Source: an uncultured Chloroflexia bacterium
Lineage (GTDB): Bacteria > Chloroflexota > Anaerolineae > Fen-1058
Assembly (NCBI GenBank): GCA_963844815.1
Contig: CAWJPR010000009.1
Span: 815,130-879,129 of the forward strand
Direction of reading: 5' to 3'
Length of the DNA: 64,000 bases
Shown: positions 43,184 through 53,029 of the stretch, piece by piece
Numbering within the stretch: position 1 is the stretch's first letter
Layout: the number at the start of each line of letters is the position of its first letter
The notes under the pieces: generated by a model
The model's input: the letters and a program-made list of their open reading frames with translations, nothing else
Told to the model about the DNA's origin: nothing
Databases searched by the model: none
Made by a program: the position numbers and the translations under genes

Positions 43184-44470
43184 TTATTTCTTGGCCGCGG
43201 CCTTCGCCGGAGCCGGTTTCCTGGCATCCGTCGCGCGCGACTCGTATTCGGCCTGGAAATGTTTGAAGCTCGACAGCACCGGGCTGGTGGCGAATTCGCC
43301 CAGCGGGCACAGGCACTTGCCGATCATCTGGTTCGCCACTTCTTGCAGCAGCTGCACATCGGCCAGCGTGGCCTTGCCGCCTAGAATGCGGTGGTACTGC
43401 TTCTCCATCCAGAAGGTGCCCTCGCGGCACGGTGTGCACTTGCCGCACGACTCGTGCCGGAAGAAGTGCATCACTTTGCCCGCGGCCCACACCATGTCGA
43501 TCGAATCGTCCATCACGATCACGGACGCCGATCCCAGGATCGATCCCGCCGCCGCCACCGATTCGTAATCGAGCGGCACGTCGAGGGCCGCCTCCGTCAC
43601 GATCGGGCCGGAGGCGCCCGACGGCAAAATCGCTTTGACCTGGCGGCCCTCGGTCATCATGCCCTGCCCGAATTCTTCGCCGTAGATCAAATCGCGGAAG
43701 GTAATCTTGCCCAACTCGGCTTCGTAGTTGGCCGGGCGCTTGACCATGCCCGACAAACAGAAGACCTTGGTGCCCGGGCTTTTCTCGGTGCCGAGTTTCT
43801 TGTAGGCCTCCGCGCCGTGGTTGAGAATGTAAGGCACATTCGCCATCGTCTCGGTGTTATTGATCACCGTCGGCTGGCCGTAGAGACCGACCACGGCCGG
43901 GAACGGCGGGCGCAGACGCGGCTGGCCGCGCTTGCCTTCCAGCGATTCCAGCAAGGCCGATTCTTCACCACAGATGTAAGCGCCCGCGCCCAGATGCACG
44001 AACATCTGAATCTCGACGCTGGTGCCGAACACGTTTCGGCCCAGATAACCGGCCGCATACGCCTCGTCGAGCGCGGCCTGCATCTTGCGCGCCACCGGCT
44101 TGAACTCGCCGCGCAGGTAGTGATAGACACGCGTCGCGCCCACGGCATACGCCGCAATCGCCGCGCCTTCGATCACTTGATGCGGATTGAACTCCATCAA
44201 CTCGCGATCTTTGAACGTGCCCGGCTCGGACTCGTCGGCATTCACCGTCACATAGTGCGGCAGGCGATCCTTGGGCACGAACGACCACTTCACGCCCGCT
44301 GGGAAGCCCGCGCCGCCGCGTCCACGCAAGCCCGACGCCTTGACTTCGTTGATTACCTGATCGGGTGTCAGCGTCGTGACGGCTTTCTTGAGCGCGGTAT
44401 ACTCGCCGTAAACCGGCAACTGGTGGATGTCAGGCGTGTCTCGATGTCGAAGCAGAACGTGCTTATCCAT
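43184..44470 (-). CDS. nuoF: NADH-quinone oxidoreductase subunit F
   Basis: GLRGRGGAGFP, NADESEPGTFKDR, GAGAYICGEES, ESCGKCTPCREG. Confidence 0.97.
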   Translation of the reverse strand: MDKHVLLRHRDTPDIHQLPVYGEYTALKKAVTTLTPDQVINEVKASGLRGRGGAGFPAGVKWSFVPKDRLPHYVTVNADESEPGTFKDRELMEFNPHQVIEGAAIAAYAVGATRVYHYLRGEFKPVARKMQAALDEAYAAGYLGRNVFGTSVEIQMFVHLGAGAYICGEESALLESLEGKRGQPRLRPPFPAVVGLYGQPTVINNTETMANVPYILNHGAEAYKKLGTEKSPGTKVFCLSGMVKRPANYEAELGKITFRDLIYGEEFGQGMMTEGRQVKAILPSGASGPIVTEAALDVPLDYESVAAAGSILGSASVIVMDDSIDMVWAAGKVMHFFRHESCGKCTPCREGTFWMEKQYHRILGGKATLADVQLLQEVANQMIGKCLCPLGEFATSPVLSSFKHFQAEYESRATDARKPAPAKAAAKK

Positions 44471-44477
44471 ATCTCAC

Positions 44478-44538
44478 CGTAGTGCGTACTGCGTGGTGCG
44501 TAACTTTGTTCTACGCCTTACGCAATACTTCGTTACGC
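44478..44538. repeat. Inverted heptamer arrays upstream of nuoF
   Basis: cgtagtg cgtactg cgtggtg cgtaact facing ctacgcc ttacgca atacttc gttacgc. Confidence 0.7.
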
Positions 44539-44964
44539 TTCATTCGAATCTCGTTTACTCACGTAATAGATGTTCGGATGCACCGCGTAGCCCAATTTCT
44601 CAAACAGCATCAGCGACGCAGCATTGCCTTCTTCGATGAACGCGGCGATGAGTTTCATCCCTGCGGCGCGTAACGCCTCTTCGGCAGCGCGCACCAACTG
44701 CTCGCCATAACCCTGGCGGCGATAATCGGGATCGATCGCCAGGCGGTTAATCCAGCCCTTGCGCGTGTCGTTCGTCGCCAACACCACGCCAATTAACCTG
44801 CCGTTCTCTTCCAACCCGATCGCCATCTGACCTCCGGCGAGCTGCTTGTCAAATTCCGCCCGGCTGTCGCGACCCTCCGGCCGGATCGAATGCAGACCCG
44901 CGCGCTGCCACAGCGCCAGAATGGCCGCATGATCGTCAATTGTTAAACGGCGCAGCGCGGCCAC
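44533..44964 (-). CDS. GNAT acetyltransferase (YpeA-like) inside the nuo operon
   Basis: DTRKGWINRLAIDPDYRRQGYG, NAASLMLFEKLGY. Confidence 0.9.
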   Translation of the reverse strand: MAALRRLTIDDHAAILALWQRAGLHSIRPEGRDSRAEFDKQLAGGQMAIGLEENGRLIGVVLATNDTRKGWINRLAIDPDYRRQGYGEQLVRAAEEALRAAGMKLIAAFIEEGNAASLMLFEKLGYAVHPNIYYVSKRDSNEA

Positions 44965-45168
44965 TTAGAACAACCCGCGAATGATCAGCAAGAAACCGAA
45001 GATCGCCAGCGGCACGCCGAGACAGGCCAGAATCCCCGTGGCGCTCAATAGCACGCCGACGATCAACAGCACTACGCCCAGGATCAGGGCCGCCACCCGG
45101 CCGGTAAGATTCAGAATCCCCGCCAGCAAATTCCACAACAGCCGAAACGGCGCAAGGAGAATGTCCAT
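44965..45168 (-). CDS. Small hydrophobic membrane protein inside the nuo operon
   Basis: 67-aa MDILLAPFRLLW..LLIIRGLF; stop abuts the GNAT start. Confidence 0.7.
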   Translation of the reverse strand: MDILLAPFRLLWNLLAGILNLTGRVAALILGVVLLIVGVLLSATGILACLGVPLAIFGFLLIIRGLF

Positions 45169-45181
45169 GTTACAGTCACCC

Positions 45182-45251
45182 GCACCCTGAGCGGAACGCA
45201 GTGGAGTCGAAGGGCGCACTCTTCGACTTCGTTTCACTCCGCTCAGAGTGC
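45182..45251. repeat. Palindromic doublet element downstream of nuoE
   Basis: gcaccctgagcggaacgcagtggagtcgaaggg and its imperfect inverted copy ctcttcgacttcgtttcactccgctcagagtgc. Confidence 0.7.
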
Positions 45252-45764
45252 TTATTTAGCCTTATACTCCTCAATCAACCGATCGAACTCTTCCGGCGTC
45301 AAGCGCTCGAAGTATTCCAGATCGATCTGCAGCAGCGGCGCTTTGTCGCAGGCGGCCAGGCACACCACCGCTTCAAGCGTGAACTGCCCGTCGGCCGTCG
45401 TCGCGCCGCCGTGCTCCACCTGCTGCTTGTTCACGCCCAACTTCTGGCAGGCATGATCGAGAAATTGATCGGAGCCGCGCAGCGCGCAGGGCAGATCGTT
45501 GCACACCTGCACCACGTGCTTGCCTACCGGATGATCGAAGAACAGCGTATAGAACCCCACCACCGCATCGACCTCGGTCGGTTCCACCTCGGCGATCGCG
45601 GCCACTTCTCGGATCGCATCCGGCGTGCAGTAACCGTACTCCTGCTGCGCGATGTACAACAACGGCAGCACGGCTGAGCGCCTGCGATCAGCCGGGTACT
45701 TGCTCAAAATCTTCTCGATCTCTGCCTGGTGCTTTTCAAAAAGTTGAGTCATGGGCACATTCAT
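45252..45764 (-). CDS. nuoE: NADH-quinone oxidoreductase subunit E
   Basis: RSAVLPLL..AQQEYG, FYTLF, VCNDLPC, CLAACDKAP. Confidence 0.95.
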   Translation of the reverse strand: MNVPMTQLFEKHQAEIEKILSKYPADRRRSAVLPLLYIAQQEYGYCTPDAIREVAAIAEVEPTEVDAVVGFYTLFFDHPVGKHVVQVCNDLPCALRGSDQFLDHACQKLGVNKQQVEHGGATTADGQFTLEAVVCLAACDKAPLLQIDLEYFERLTPEEFDRLIEEYKAK

Positions 45765-45838
45765 TCATTGCAAATTGATCACACTTGCACCGGCGCTTGG
45801 TGCAGCGCCGGTGTTGATCATGGTTAGTTGTTCATAGT

Positions 45839-47089
45839 TCAGCGGTCGACGTCGCCCAACACAATGTCGATCGAACCAATGATGGCGACGAGGTCGGCGA
45901 TGAACACGCCCTTGGTCATGATGGGCATCGCCGACAAATTGGCAAACGACGGCGTGCGGAAGTGCACGCGGCGCGGTTTGGGCGAGCCATCGCTGCTGAG
46001 ATAGCAGCCAAATTCGCCGCGCGGCGACTCGATCCGCACATAAACTTCGCCGGGCGGCGGCGCGAAGCCTTCCGTCCATAGCTTGAAGTGATGGATCAAC
46101 GACTCCATCGAATAGGCCAGCTCTTCCTTGGGCGGCGGCACCACTTTGCGGTTGCTGCTGATATGCGGGCCTTTGGGCAGTTTCTTCAGCGCTTGATCGA
46201 TGATGCGCAGCGACTGGCGCATCTCCTGCACCCGGCACCAGTAACGCGCATACACATCGCCTTCAGTCCGCACCGGCACGTCGAACTCAAAATGATCGTA
46301 GGACGAATACGGAAGCGCTTTGCGGATGTCCCAGTTGACACCGGAACCCCGCAGACTAGAGCCCGTGACGCCCCAGGCCAGCGCCTCCTGCGCGGAAATG
46401 ACGCCAATGCTGCGCGTGCGATCGATCCACAGCGGGTTCTTCTTGAGCAGCCCCTCATACTCGTCGATCTCGGAGGGGAAGTGGTCCATGAAGGCGCGCA
46501 CCGCTTCTTCAAAACCGGCGGGCAGGTCGCGCCACAGGCCGCCAGGCCGGAAGTACGACACCATCATGCGCTGGCCGGATACCATCTCGAAGATGTCCAG
46601 AATCTTCTCGCGCTCGCGGAAGCAATACAGGAACATGCTCATGGCGCCGATATCCATGGCGTGGGTGCCCAGCCATACCAGGTGGCTTGACAAGCGCTGG
46701 AGCTCGCACAAAATCACGCGCACGTACTGTGCGCGCAGCGGCACATCCACCTCCATCAATTTCTCGACGGCCAGCACGTAGCCGAGGTTGTTGCTCATCG
46801 GCGCGAGATAATCCATGCGATCGGTCAGCGGAATGACCTTCATGTACGTCTTCTCTTCCGCTGACTTCTCGATGCCAGTGTGCAGGTAGCCCACATCCGG
46901 CACGCACGACACCACGTTCTCGCCGTCGAGCTCCAACAGCAAGCGCAGCACGCCGTGCGTCGACGGGTGTTGCGGCCCCATATTCAAGAGGACCGTCTCG
47001 CCAGAGAGGGCGCGCTCGGAAACCAGCCCGCGCATCTCTTTCAGATCGTCGACGGTCAATTCCATCAATTGAGTTTCATTCTGTGCCAT
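45839..47089 (-). CDS. nuoD: NADH-quinone oxidoreductase subunit D
   Basis: NMGPQHPSTHGVLRL, GYLHTGIEK, DRMDY, ESPRGE, DIVLGDVDR. Confidence 0.97.
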   Translation of the reverse strand: MAQNETQLMELTVDDLKEMRGLVSERALSGETVLLNMGPQHPSTHGVLRLLLELDGENVVSCVPDVGYLHTGIEKSAEEKTYMKVIPLTDRMDYLAPMSNNLGYVLAVEKLMEVDVPLRAQYVRVILCELQRLSSHLVWLGTHAMDIGAMSMFLYCFREREKILDIFEMVSGQRMMVSYFRPGGLWRDLPAGFEEAVRAFMDHFPSEIDEYEGLLKKNPLWIDRTRSIGVISAQEALAWGVTGSSLRGSGVNWDIRKALPYSSYDHFEFDVPVRTEGDVYARYWCRVQEMRQSLRIIDQALKKLPKGPHISSNRKVVPPPKEELAYSMESLIHHFKLWTEGFAPPPGEVYVRIESPRGEFGCYLSSDGSPKPRRVHFRTPSFANLSAMPIMTKGVFIADLVAIIGSIDIVLGDVDR

Positions 47090-47102
47090 CGGAAACCCCA
47101 TC

Positions 47103-47152
47103 CAATAACGAGTGATAAGTAATGAGTAAACGGCTTACTCGTTACTCGTTAC
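47103..47152. repeat. Inverted heptamer arrays between nuoC and nuoD
   Basis: aataacg agtgata agtaatg agtaa facing ttactcg ttactcg ttact; the last unit includes the nuoC stop. Confidence 0.7.
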
Positions 47153-47652
47153 TCTTTCGCATACGGCTTCTGACTCTCAATCAAATCAAAGTTGTGCGTG
47201 AACTGCGGCTCTTCATAGAACTGCGCGGCGTCCTTGCGCAGCGGATGCCCCAGGAAGTCTTCCGGCAGGAAAATGCGGCGCGGATCGGGATGGCCGTCGA
47301 ACTTGATGCCCATCAAGTCCCACACTTCGCGCTCGTGCCAGTTGGCGCCCGGCCACACACCGGTCACACTGGGCACCTGCGGCTGCTCGCCGTCGAGCCA
47401 TACCTTCAGGCGCAGCTGCGAGTTATTCTCCAGCGAGTACAAATGATAGTTCACCGCAAAGCGCGGGCTGGCTGGAAAGTGATCGACGGCGCTCACGTCC
47501 GAAAGGAGATCGAATTTCAGCGCCGGATCGTCGCGCAGGAACGTGCAGACCTCGATCAACCGATCGGGCTGGACGACGATCGTCGTTTCGCCGCGGAACT
47601 CGATCAGGCCGGAAACAGCTTCAGGGAATTTGTTTTTGATCAAATCGATCAT
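47149..47652 (-). CDS. nuoC: NADH-quinone oxidoreductase subunit C
   Basis: FRGETT, SAVDH, ANWHEREVWDLMGI.F.GHP, GHPLRKD. Confidence 0.95.
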   Translation of the reverse strand: MIDLIKNKFPEAVSGLIEFRGETTIVVQPDRLIEVCTFLRDDPALKFDLLSDVSAVDHFPASPRFAVNYHLYSLENNSQLRLKVWLDGEQPQVPSVTGVWPGANWHEREVWDLMGIKFDGHPDPRRIFLPEDFLGHPLRKDAAQFYEEPQFTHNFDLIESQKPYAKE

Positions 47653-47673
47653 ACGAGTCTCACACACTCGCAT

Positions 47674-47701
47674 CCTCCCGGAGGCCATGGCCTCCGGGAG
47701 G
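47674..47701. repeat. Perfect 28-bp palindrome between nuoB and nuoC
   Basis: cctcccggaggccatggcctccgggagg equals its own reverse complement. Confidence 0.85.
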
Positions 47702-47722
47702 GTCTGCGGCTCAAACTACACT

Positions 47723-48217
47723 TTAATCGGATCTCTGTTCGGCTTTGATGGGGTGACTGCGCCTGATCTTCTCGTGCAGCTTCACGATGCCGTCAATCAA
47801 CGCTTCGGGACGCGGCGGACAGCCGGCCACGTACACATCCACCGGAACGATCTCGTCGACCCCCTGCACGACGGCGTAGTTGTTGAACACGCCGCCGCAC
47901 GAGGCGCAGTCGCCCATGGAGAGCACCCACTTGGGATCGGGCATCTGATCGTACAGGCGGCGCAGCACCGGCGCCATCTTGCGCGACACGCGGCCCGCCA
48001 CAATCATCAAATCGGCCTGGCGCGGGCTGGCGCGCATCAACTCCATGCCAAAGCGCGAGAGATCATAGTTGCTGGCCTGCGCCGACATCATTTCGATCGC
48101 GCAGCAAGCCAGACCAAAGCCAAGAGGCCACATCGCATTGGTGCGGCCCCAGTTGACCACGTCTTCCAGACGGGCGGTTACCACGCCCATATTGCCCAGT
48201 TTGCTTTCTAGTCCCAT
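47723..48217 (-). CDS. nuoB: NADH-quinone oxidoreductase subunit B
   Basis: [33 protein letters not shown]. Confidence 0.97.
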   Translation of the reverse strand: MGLESKLGNMGVVTARLEDVVNWGRTNAMWPLGFGLACCAIEMMSAQASNYDLSRFGMELMRASPRQADLMIVAGRVSRKMAPVLRRLYDQMPDPKWVLSMGDCASCGGVFNNYAVVQGVDEIVPVDVYVAGCPPRPEALIDGIVKLHEKIRRSHPIKAEQRSD

Positions 48218-48564
48218 TCAAACGCCCCCTTTCTCCACACATAGACATAACCTACCAGCAAGATTCCTACAAAGACCAGCATCTCGATAAAGCCAAATAA
48301 GCCAAGGGCGCGGAAATTCACCGCCCACGGGTAGAAGAAAATGATTTCCACGTCAAACAAAATGAAGAGCACGGCCACGAGGTAGTAGCGCACATTCATG
48401 CGGCGCGCGCCCGGCCCGATTGGCTGCATGCCGGACTCATACGGCGCCGACTTGCGGAAGGTCCTGCGGCGCGGTCCGAAAACCACGCCGATGATGACGA
48501 CCAGAACGGCGACCGCCGCTGCGAGAATAAACAGAATGGCGATAGGAATGTATGATTCTAACAT
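48208..48564 (-). CDS. nuoA: NADH-quinone oxidoreductase subunit A
   Basis: [25 protein letters not shown]. Confidence 0.96.
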   Translation of the reverse strand: MLESYIPIAILFILAAAVAVLVVIIGVVFGPRRRTFRKSAPYESGMQPIGPGARRMNVRYYLVAVLFILFDVEIIFFYPWAVNFRALGLFGFIEMLVFVGILLVGYVYVWRKGAFEWD

Positions 48565-48612
48565 GGTGACTCTTTCAGGCTTGCCTGACGCGGGGATGCG
48601 TCAACTGGAGTG

Positions 48613-48648
48613 CTTGTTAATTTTAGCACAGGCACTAGGGCATGTCAA
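48613..48648 (-). promoter_or_regulatory. Sigma70-type promoter of the nuo operon
   Basis: Minus strand TTGACA (48648-48643), 17-nt spacer, TAAAAT (48625-48620) with extended TG. Confidence 0.75.
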
Positions 48649-48673
48649 AGCCATGAACATTATTCAATAGCGC

Positions 48674-50800
48674 TCAGGCCACCTCAATCTGCGATCCCTG
48701 CGCCGTCTTGGTCACCTCGATCCGCACCGGGAAAGCGTCCCGCAGTTCGTCCAGGTGCGTGATGACCAGGATGCGCTGGAAATCATCCTGCACGGCGTTG
48801 ATGGCTTCCACCAACTTGTCGCGCCCGGTGCTGTCCAGCGCGCCGAAGCCTTCGTCGATCACCAGCGTCTGCAATTGCGCGCCCGCGCGCCGCGCCAGCA
48901 GCTTGCTCAACGCGATGCGAATGGCGAAGTTGATGCGGAACTGCTCGCCGCCGGAATAGTTTTCGTAAGGGCGCGTGCCCAGCTCGTCGGCGATCTTGAT
49001 CTCCAGCGTCTCGACGGTATCGCCTTTCACAGTCTCGCGCTGCGTGTCGAAGCGCACGTGCATGCGCCCGCTGGTCATCCTGGTCAACAGCGCATTCGCT
49101 TCGTCTTCGATTTCGGGAATGGCCGCTTCGATGATCATCGCGGGCACGCCCTTCTTGCCAAACGCCAGGCGCAGTTCTTCGTAGAGGCCCTTCTCCGCGG
49201 CCCGCTGCTGGCGCTCAGCCAGCTTCACCTCGCGTTGTTTGAGCATGGCCTCGCACGCCGCGAGTTTCTGCTCGGCGGCGCCCAACTGCTGGCGCGCGCG
49301 CGCTTCGTCGGCGCGGGTGCGATCGTATTCGGCCTGAATGGCTGCCAGGTCTCCCAATCCCGCGCGCGCTGCGCCGATCTGCGCGGCGATCTCGGCCTGC
49401 TTGCGCTGATCGGTGTCCAACGCGCTCTGCCATTCCAAGCGGCGCTGCTCCAGCGCCGCAATCGACTTGGCGGCCACCCGCGCAGCCTCGATCGCGGCCT
49501 GCAGTTCTGCGGCGCGGCGATGCAACGTAGGCAGCAGGCGCAGCTCGGACTCCAGGGCAGCGAGCTCGCCATCGACGGCGGCGAGTTCGGGCTTGATGGC
49601 TTCCAGCCGCGCTTTGTTGTCCCGGAACAACTGCCGCCGCGCTTCGACCTCGGCGTTGAGTTCAGCCACGACCTGCCGGCGATGTTCCGGCGTCAGGGGT
49701 TGGCCGCAGGTCGGGCACAGCGGCTCAGTTGAAGATTCCAGCAAGGCGACGCGCGCCTTGAACGGTTCCACTTCCGGCACCAGCCGCTCGTTTTGCCCGC
49801 GCAGCGCGGCGGCCTCTTCGTTCAGGTCGCTTTTGCGTTGGCGCAGTTCATCGCGCCTGGACTCACGTTGCGAGAGTGCTTCGATCCGGGCCTGCGTGTC
49901 GCTATGCTCCTTTGCCAGTGCGGCATCGTCGGCTTTCTCCCGGGCGGAGTTGAGATCATGTTCGACAGAAGCCAGTTCACGCTCAGCCTGAGCGATGCGC
50001 CGGGCGAGATCGGCCAACTGGGCGTCGAGCACTCCGATCGAGCGTTGAGCTTGCTGCGCCTGCTGATGCCTGGCCTCGGCCTCGCGCAGCTGATTACCCA
50101 ATTCGATGACGGCCTTCTGCGCAGCGGCGACCTCGGCTTCGAACTGCGGTTTTCGCGCGGCTTCGGCGTCGATCTCGTTGAGGCGCTGATCGAGCAGGCG
50201 CAGCTCATTCTCGATCGACGCGATCTTCTCTTTAGCGCGCGCTTCGTATTCGTCCCAGATGTCCAGTCCCAGAATATCGGCCAACACCTTCTTGCGCTCG
50301 GTCGCGGTCTTGACGGTGAACTCGTCGGCGCGGCCCTGCAGCAGGAAGGCCGAGTTAATGAACGTGTCGTAATCCAGCCGCAGCACGTCGACGATCTTCT
50401 GCTGAGTGGCATTCATCTGCGGTTCGGCAAGGGTGCGCCACGCGCTCTGCGCGCCCCCACCCCGGCCACCGGCCGCTGCCACAGGGGCGGGAGCAACCTG
50501 AAAGTCCAGCATGCCCGCGCCGCTCTTCTTGCCCGTTTTGCGCGCCCGGATCACGCGATAGGCATTGTCGCCCAGTGCAAACGTGAACTCGACCTGCATC
50601 TCGGTCTGGCCCTGATGCACCAGCTCGTCGTCGCGTTTCGAGCGCGAACGGCCCCACAACGCCCACGTGATCGCGTCGAGGAGGGAGGATTTGCCCGCGC
50701 CGTTATCCCCTGTCAGACAGCCGATGTGAATGCCGCTGAAGTTCAATTCGGCGCTGCGGTAGGGCATGAAGTTGGTGAGTTTGAGATAGAGAGGAATCAT
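48674..50800 (-). CDS. sbcC: SbcC/Rad50-like SMC ATPase
   Basis: GDNGAGKS, LLQG, coiled coil with CPTCG zinc hook, YSGGE, LVIDEGFG, ITH. Confidence 0.93.
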   Translation of the reverse strand: MIPLYLKLTNFMPYRSAELNFSGIHIGCLTGDNGAGKSSLLDAITWALWGRSRSKRDDELVHQGQTEMQVEFTFALGDNAYRVIRARKTGKKSGAGMLDFQVAPAPVAAAGGRGGGAQSAWRTLAEPQMNATQQKIVDVLRLDYDTFINSAFLLQGRADEFTVKTATERKKVLADILGLDIWDEYEARAKEKIASIENELRLLDQRLNEIDAEAARKPQFEAEVAAAQKAVIELGNQLREAEARHQQAQQAQRSIGVLDAQLADLARRIAQAERELASVEHDLNSAREKADDAALAKEHSDTQARIEALSQRESRRDELRQRKSDLNEEAAALRGQNERLVPEVEPFKARVALLESSTEPLCPTCGQPLTPEHRRQVVAELNAEVEARRQLFRDNKARLEAIKPELAAVDGELAALESELRLLPTLHRRAAELQAAIEAARVAAKSIAALEQRRLEWQSALDTDQRKQAEIAAQIGAARAGLGDLAAIQAEYDRTRADEARARQQLGAAEQKLAACEAMLKQREVKLAERQQRAAEKGLYEELRLAFGKKGVPAMIIEAAIPEIEDEANALLTRMTSGRMHVRFDTQRETVKGDTVETLEIKIADELGTRPYENYSGGEQFRINFAIRIALSKLLARRAGAQLQTLVIDEGFGALDSTGRDKLVEAINAVQDDFQRILVITHLDELRDAFPVRIEVTKTAQGSQIEVA

Positions 50801-50806
50801 TTTTCA

Positions 50807-52036
50807 TTATTCATTGGTCATTTCGAATATTCGTTCCGCGTGCTTGACCAGCAGCTCAATCCGATCATCGTCCACGTTCTTGGCAAACAGATATTTGTGC
50901 AGCAGTTCCTGGGGCGTCAGACCTTCCGGCGAGAGGCCGCCCAGGCGTTCGCGCACTTCGCGATCGGCCTGGCGGTTGATGGCGGCAATGGTGTCGGCGT
51001 CGCGCAGCGCGGCGCGCAGGTCCTTCTCGCGCAGGCTGGCATCCTGCTCGGGGCGCATTCGTATGTTGACCCGCACGATGGCGTCGGCGAGATCGTAGTG
51101 CGCCAGCGCCGCCTGCGCCGCCAGCGTCGGATCATCTTCCTCGCGCACGTCGACGTTGATCGTCACGAAGGGCCGCGCTTTAACCTCGACGAACTGCCAC
51201 GTCGTGTTGCCTTTCTCCAACTCCACCCAGCAGAAGCCCTTGGCTTCTTTCTCTTCGCCGAAGTCGATGCGTTCCAGGCTGCCGGAATACACCATCGCCG
51301 GATAGCGGCCTGCATTCAAGTTCTGATGCTTGTGGATGTGGCCGAGCGCCACGTAATCCCACGGCCCGTCGCCGAGCACGCTTTTCAACACGGCCACGTC
51401 GCGCCCGATCATCACGCTGCGCTCCGAGCCATAGGTCGCGCCGGAAACCGTGAAGTGTCCAGTGAGGATCGTGGGCACTTCGGGATCGAGCTGTTCCGCC
51501 AGCGCGCGGAGGCTATCGCCGACGATGTCTTGCAGCGACTTGTCCAATTCCTCGATCGATTTGCCGCGATGCTCGGCCTGCGCCAGCAGGCGATTGCGCA
51601 TGGGATACGGCGCAGTGGCCACTTGCACCTTGCCGCGCTTGGTATCGATGACATGCACATCCTCGGCCCAACCGATGATCACATTCGGCACGCCCAGCGT
51701 GCGATAGATGTCGATGCTGCTGGCTTTCTTCTCCATCGCGGGCAGATCGTGATTGCCCACCAGCATCACCACCGGCACCCCGGCGTCGACGAAGCGCTTG
51801 ACGCGCCGCGCGAATTCGCGCTGCAAGGTGGGGCTGGGATCGCGCGTCTTGAAGGCATCGCCCGCGAAGATCACCAGATCGACGTCGTGACTCAGGCCGT
51901 AGTCGATCACCTCGTCGAAGCGGCGCAGAAAATCGATCACGCGGCTGTTGATGCCGGTGCTGGAATCGATGTGCCCGTAGTTTTCCATGCCGATGTGGAT
52001 GTCGGCGAAATGCAGGACGTTGATTTTGTCGGTCAT
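50807..52036 (-). CDS. sbcD: SbcD/Mre11-like nuclease
   Basis: HFADIHIG, FAGDAF, VGNHD, YVALGHIH, YSGS. Confidence 0.93.
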   Translation of the reverse strand: MTDKINVLHFADIHIGMENYGHIDSSTGINSRVIDFLRRFDEVIDYGLSHDVDLVIFAGDAFKTRDPSPTLQREFARRVKRFVDAGVPVVMLVGNHDLPAMEKKASSIDIYRTLGVPNVIIGWAEDVHVIDTKRGKVQVATAPYPMRNRLLAQAEHRGKSIEELDKSLQDIVGDSLRALAEQLDPEVPTILTGHFTVSGATYGSERSVMIGRDVAVLKSVLGDGPWDYVALGHIHKHQNLNAGRYPAMVYSGSLERIDFGEEKEAKGFCWVELEKGNTTWQFVEVKARPFVTINVDVREEDDPTLAAQAALAHYDLADAIVRVNIRMRPEQDASLREKDLRAALRDADTIAAINRQADREVRERLGGLSPEGLTPQELLHKYLFAKNVDDDRIELLVKHAERIFEMTNE

Positions 52037-52117
52037 GCTGGCTCACTCTGACAAGACGAAAAGAAGAAGGGCAGACAAGAGAGTTCATCTTGTCCTCTGG
52101 TCCGCGTGTCATGCTTG

Positions 52118-52792
52118 TCACATAAAAGATTCACCCGACTGATAAGTCTTCACACCATCCGCCAGCACTTCAACCGCCGCCCCCGGTCCCCAGACGTTCC
52201 ATTTCGATCCATCCCAGATCGCGGAAGTCCCTTCGGCGATGCCGAAGAGGCGCGTGGCTCGATCGAGTTGTCCGCGCAGCGCCCGCGCCCAATCGATCCG
52301 CTCGGCCCGGAAATGCGGCAGCGTGACGATCGGGATCAGGCCCAGGCCGTCGATCAGGCCGCCTGTGCGCGGATTCCACATCTTGCGGCCCAGCGCCATC
52401 GCGCCGGCGCTGGCTCCGCCGAGCGAGACGCCGCGCTCGGTGGCTTTCACGATCGCCTGCCAGGCTGGCGAGCCGCGCAGGGTTTCGACCAACAAGACCG
52501 GATCGCCGCCGGGCAAATAGATCAGCGTGGCCAAGTCAATTGCAGCAACCAGCGTGGCATCTTGGGCAGAGCGGGCATCCACCACCATGACGGCCTCGGC
52601 CTGTGCGCCAATCTGCTTGAACCACTGGACGCCGTGCTGCGCCGCCATTTCAGGATGTTCGCGCGCCGCCGCTGCAGGCACGACGATCACGCGCGCATCG
52701 GCGCCGCCCGCCGCAACGACCAGCCGTCGATCGCCGATCTCTGATCCGCGTTGAAACTCTCCCCCGCCGTGCAGCGCGAGCCAGCCCGTCAT
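52118..52792 (-). CDS. Peptidase S51 / cyanophycinase-like protein
   Basis: LHGGGEF, YLPGGDP, GASAGAM, LPHF. Confidence 0.85.
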   Translation of the reverse strand: MTGWLALHGGGEFQRGSEIGDRRLVVAAGGADARVIVVPAAAAREHPEMAAQHGVQWFKQIGAQAEAVMVVDARSAQDATLVAAIDLATLIYLPGGDPVLLVETLRGSPAWQAIVKATERGVSLGGASAGAMALGRKMWNPRTGGLIDGLGLIPIVTLPHFRAERIDWARALRGQLDRATRLFGIAEGTSAIWDGSKWNVWGPGAAVEVLADGVKTYQSGESFM

Positions 52793-52879
52793 CACCGCCC
52801 CTTCCAGATCGCGGGCAGGAACAGCGGCGCTCCGTGCTCGACGCCGGGCGCTGGCACTGGCGTGGAAACGAGGCATGTC

Positions 52880-53025
52880 ACCGAATACAACGGGCCGCCG
52901 CGCCGGGTGTGATCATCGTGATTGCCCAACGCGGGGAAGAGGGGCACGCGTCGGGCTAAAGATTGGTAAGGCTTGAAGAAAAACGGAGCGTATCCGTCGG
53001 CTTGACCAGCGGGATAGATCACATG
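52880..53025 (-). pseudogene. Internal fragment of a metallophosphoesterase gene
   Basis: VIYPAG..FFKPYQSL..VPLFPALGNHD present, other motifs absent. Confidence 0.6.
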
Positions 53026-53029
53026 CGCT

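Noticed and set aside
48674-52036. SMC + nuclease pair as a Wadjet- or Lamassu-type defence system
   Set aside because: Zinc hook and Mre11-type motifs fit ordinary SbcCD; no kleisin, KITE or effector genes; host-like composition.
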